Positions 60,479 to 64,000 of a DNA stretch of 64,000 bases are shown piece after piece (position 1 is the first letter of the stretch; each line of letters begins with the position of its first letter). The translations under genes were made by a program, and so were the position numbers. This DNA is from a virus. The notes under the pieces were generated by a model that saw only the letters and a list, made by a program, of their open reading frames with translations, made no database searches and was not told the DNA's origin. The stretch covers positions 20,827 to 84,826 of IMG/VR virus record IMGVR_UViG_3300044691_000371, one strand, 5' to 3'.

Positions 60479-63400
60479 GGTGTAATATTATAATCAAAAT
60501 TTATGCTTCCTGTTAATGCAGTTACAAAAGTAACATCGAATGTTGTTGTTGTTTGAGCAGATATATAGTAATTAACCGCGGTTAATAAATCACGTGGCGT
60601 TATGGTAACATTGTAACTATTATTGGCCAGTGTGCTACCTATTGTAACCGTGACAACCGTTGTCGCAGTTCCAGTCGTAGTTGAATTTCCGTGAATTGGA
60701 GGATTTCCTTGCCTTACTATTATACCGGCTGTGGCTGATGTAAATATAATCCTAAATTGTCCAACTAATCCAGCTGTAGTAGATAACGATCCTAATGATG
60801 TAAAACCGCTGCCCAATGCAAGTGTTACCGTATTGGCTCCTGCGCTATTATCTATATAGAAATCAAAAACATATCCCTGCCCTGCTGAATTTAACTGCGT
60901 AGCCATGGCGGTAGCTGTAGGCATTGTAATCGTTGTTGCGGCGGCTGAGGTTGATGTTATATATCTTGTTCCTATTTGAGCAGCTGTAGCTGTGGCCGTA
61001 GAATTAATAGCAGTAAGTGTATTTGAATATGATACTGGAGCGCTTGCAAAGAAATTTGTCGTATTCCACTGCCATAAAACTTTTACGAATGTTTGACTAA
61101 CACCTGCCGCATTATATCCACCTCCCCATAGATCACCGCTTGACAGATTTCCGATACCACCATAATTACTCCCGTTCATGGCGTACGACATCGCCGAATG
61201 AGGTGTACTGTATATACCAAGTCCTAAAATACTACCATTCTGAACGCTGAGGTTTCCATTAGTGATACCAACAGCGGTACCAGCCGCTGAAAAAGTATTA
61301 GTCTGTGTCCATGTATTTGGAGTGGTTAACCCTGCTGTATTTTCACCAGCTATATAAAAGCTCCATGATGTCGCGCTAGTGCCAGACGTTAAAATACATG
61401 TTAAAATACATATCTGCCCTTGTGTTAATGTAGCAATAGCATTAAGCCCTGATGATTGTATAACAATATTTATACCAGTGCCGTTATTGGCAATAATGAA
61501 AGTTTGGTATTGCGCCAATGTGCTTACAACAGGCAGCACGTAAGTTTGTCCGCCTAATGTGGAGCCTATTAATGATTGATATTGCGATGACGCTGCCGTT
61601 AAGGTCGTTGTTCCGCCTGCGGATGTTGTTGTCGTGCCGTTTGATATAAATGAATTTCCACTAATATTTGCATTTGCATCTCTGATTGGTATATAAGATG
61701 CGGTTGGCGCGGTAGATGCCGTTGCTAAATCTGAATTAGTAACCAAAGATGAACTTACTACGCCGGACGCGTTTGCATGCAACAATCCCGCCCCATATTT
61801 TGAAAATGTTACAGTGCCATCGTTGGCGATGGTAAACCATGACGTAGTTGTGCTTGCGTTATTTGCTTTCGTATAAAAATCAAGTTGACCACCTAAATCT
61901 GTAGCTGTTGAGCCAACGGCCGAGACAGACATTCCGGCCATGTAGGTATATGCTGGCGTAGGCCTCGTATACGCCCATCCGCTAAAACCACCTATTAAAT
62001 CACCGGTATTATTTATAGATGGCGATCCAGGAGTTCCCCGCGATGTTGAAACCGTATATCCTGGGGTAACAGTTCCGTTTGTAACACTTCCCATAGCTGA
62101 ATTAAGCTGAAAAGCATCGTATTGCCCGTAAACATTTACCGCATTAGTGGCTGTAATATCTCCGTTATTATTTATATATAAACGATGGTTAGTGCCATCG
62201 AAATAAAAATTACTATTATCCTGGGTAATTGTAGTGCCATTTGAAAAAAGTATGGAATGGTTTGTTAATGATGGCAATGTAAATTTATTATTCCATGTGG
62301 TAGATGAAGATATAGATGCGTCAGGTATTAACCTACTTTCAAGTGCATATGTACCGGCACTATCAGGAACAAGTTGTATCCTGTTTGCAGTTAGCAAAGA
62401 CTTACTTACAGTCCAATCAAATCCATTTGAACCTTTTACTGAAAATCTACCGCTGGCGTCTGCAAAAATATAGTTATGCCCACTTGGCGGAGTTGTTGGG
62501 TCTGTTGATTGTGTTGCTAAGTCGATAAAACCAGTTCCAGCTGTTCCATTAATTGCGATACTATTTGGTATTAATTGTCCTGAAAATGAGTTTCCAGCAG
62601 TTGCCACGGTTTGCAATGTAGGCGTACTTCCATTCGCCGAATAATTCACATCCCAACTCGCGGCTGTTGTTCCAGATGTGCCGTTAAAACGAAATGTTGC
62701 CGACGTACCTGCTGCCATAGCTTGCACAGTATTACCGCCGCTTGATTGAACCGTAACAACCCCAGTCGAATAATTACTTCTTTGAAATGTATACCCTGTT
62801 ATAAGAGTTAAAACAACAGGCAATACTAGTGTTTGTGTAGTTGTTCCTGTAAAAGAACCGTTTTTAGCGGATGATACTAAAAGTGTAGTTGTTGAACCTG
62901 ATGTTACTATCGATTGGTAATTCTCAATTAAATTATTTATAAATGAATTTGCATTGCCGTCCCTAACCATTACATTAAATGCAGTTGCGGTTGTTTCAAA
63001 GCCTGGCCCTGCGGTATTTAATACATATGGATCAGGAATGGTACCAGTACCAGTAAATGTTCCAGTAAGGAAATTAGCCGCATTACTCGTATAAACTAGA
63101 GCTGTTGTCCCGATAGTAATAGTAGATGTAGTGGTTTGTGTAAATGTTACGCCTATATATAAAGTACCCAATTGTACATAAACCTTCGATCCGGCTGCAA
63201 GATTGGCGGCTGTGTTTGAATTTGGGTCACGTGTTAAAATGTATGGGTGTGAAGCATCTCCGACTTGAGTTGCATCATATACACCATCGTTTGCTTGTGT
63301 TGCTTCATTCCAAACTAAAATCTTATCATTAACCGATGGCGTTGCACCATCAACAGATATAGCCCCGTTGCTATTACCTGTTAATGTAGCCCCGATACCT

Positions 63401-64000
63401 GATGAACCGTTATTATAAGTATTTGATAATAGCGCCGCTGTGGTAGCGTATTTAGCCACCGTGTAAGAACCACCATTTGAAAATGGCAAAATACCTGTAA
63501 ATGTTATATTTGGCGTCGTACCACCGCTGGATGCTATATTTCCTGAACCAGTAACTGAAGAAACACCACCTCCCCCTCCCAATCTTCTTGTTACCCATTC
63601 ATTAGTAACATAAGCTTTTGGCGTGGCTGTAATCTGTGCGGTATCAACGGAGACATCCGCCTTTAAACCTATATGAGTATTTTCGTCTGTGATAGTTACC
63701 GGTAAGGCATCATTAAATGTTATTTCCGTATTATGATTTGTATTGACATTTAGAGCTTGAATAGTTATTCCACCATTTGAATTTCCGTTTGCGCTTACTC
63801 CATAAAAATGATTATAACCTGCATCGGTAGCATCCATTATTACATCTGCTAGTCCATTTACACTATTAAAGTAAAAACCATTACTATTAGGATCTTGTAC
63901 TTGAAATGTTGTTGGTGAACTACTTCCTAATAAATTAAAAGTAGTAGTAGTTCCCGCGGTTATGTTTACAATCCTGCTTGTGTTTACAGTTCCATTAATA
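60475..64000 (-). CDS. Tail-fibre-like Thr/Gly/Ser-rich protein, 5'-partial
   Basis: Frame is open from 63999 through the ATG at 63837; ATTAAL...DG...ILVWNE...NDGVY...LTRD tail-fibre module and repeated LPVV.TL modules. Confidence 0.75.
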   Translation of the reverse strand, partial: INGTVNTSRIVNITAGTTTTFNLLGSSSPTTFQVQDPNSNGFYFNSVNGLADVIMDATDAGYNHFYGVSANGNSNGGITIQALNVNTNHNTEITFNDALPVTITDENTHIGLKADVSVDTAQITATPKAYVTNEWVTRRLGGGGGVSSVTGSGNIASSGGTTPNITFTGILPFSNGGSYTVAKYATTAALLSNTYNNGSSGIGATLTGNSNGAISVDGATPSVNDKILVWNEATQANDGVYDATQVGDASHPYILTRDPNSNTAANLAAGSKVYVQLGTLYIGVTFTQTTTSTITIGTTALVYTSNAANFLTGTFTGTGTIPDPYVLNTAGPGFETTATAFNVMVRDGNANSFINNLIENYQSIVTSGSTTTLLVSSAKNGSFTGTTTQTLVLPVVLTLITGYTFQRSNYSTGVVTVQSSGGNTVQAMAAGTSATFRFNGTSGTTAASWDVNYSANGSTPTLQTVATAGNSFSGQLIPNSIAINGTAGTGFIDLATQSTDPTTPPSGHNYIFADASGRFSVKGSNGFDWTVSKSLLTANRIQLVPDSAGTYALESRLIPDASISSSTTWNNKFTLPSLTNHSILFSNGTTITQDNSNFYFDGTNHRLYINNNGDITATNAVNVYGQYDAFQLNSAMGSVTNGTVTPGYTVSTSRGTPGSPSINNTGDLIGGFSGWAYTRPTPAYTYMAGMSVSAVGSTATDLGGQLDFYTKANNASTTTSWFTIANDGTVTFSKYGAGLLHANASGVVSSSLVTNSDLATASTAPTASYIPIRDANANISGNSFISNGTTTTSAGGTTTLTAASSQYQSLIGSTLGGQTYVLPVVSTLAQYQTFIIANNGTGINIVIQSSGLNAIATLTQGQICILTCILTSGTSATSWSFYIAGENTAGLTTPNTWTQTNTFSAAGTAVGITNGNLSVQNGSILGLGIYSTPHSAMSYAMNGSNYGGIGNLSSGDLWGGGYNAAGVSQTFVKVLWQWNTTNFFASAPVSYSNTLTAINSTATATAAQIGTRYITSTSAAATTITMPTATAMATQLNSAGQGYVFDFYIDNSAGANTVTLALGSGFTSLGSLSTTAGLVGQFRIIFTSATAGIIVRQGNPPIHGNSTTTGTATTVVTVTIGSTLANNSYNVTITPRDLLTAVNYYISAQTTTTFDVTFVTALTGSINFDYNITP

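Noticed and set aside
60475-63837. Diversity-generating retroelement target in the tail fibre
   Set aside because: No reverse transcriptase in the window and no adenine-specific TR/VR repeat pair noticed.
63838-64000. Window as a complete circular genome (the ORF leaving base 1 would join in frame to the ORF entering at 64000)
   Set aside because: A frame match has a 1-in-3 chance, the length is a round window size, and no major capsid or tape-measure gene is present; cannot be supported without flanking sequence.

Overview
AT-rich (~32% GC by eye) segment of a tailed dsDNA phage or prophage. The host is almost certainly Bacteroidota, judged by recurrent TTTG-N19/21-TAnnTTTG promoters and the lack of Shine-Dalgarno motifs. 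Nearly all genes are on the - strand. Read from 64000 to 1, the order is: tail-fibre-like and signal-peptide proteins; a lysis cassette (orphan response regulator, GH108 and GH25 lysins, secreted non-specific nuclease, holin-like protein, u-spanin-like lipoprotein); early, recombination and replication genes (nucleotidyltransferase, Sak-like SSAP, YqaJ exonuclease, SMC-like ATPase, DUF4373 initiator, DnaB-like helicase); a DNA-modification cluster; the small terminase; a ~10 kb glycosyl/methyl/acetyl-transferase island; a Ro60/TROVE gene preceded by four Y-RNA-like hairpins; an intein-containing large terminase; and Mu-like head genes. No major capsid, tape measure or integrase gene is recognisable, so the genome extends beyond the window. 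Top observations: (1) an HNH endonuclease gene overprinted in the -1 frame inside the terminase intein; (2) Ro60 plus a tandem array of four Y RNAs, one with a permuted tRNA-like YrlA domain; (3) a probable -1 frameshift fusing portal to MuF; (4) a small RNA whose 5' seed is complementary to an AAUCACAC motif in front of at least 7 phage genes; (5) a D-armless tRNA/tmRNA-like RNA with alanine identity elements. All family assignments come from motif recognition, not database searches.
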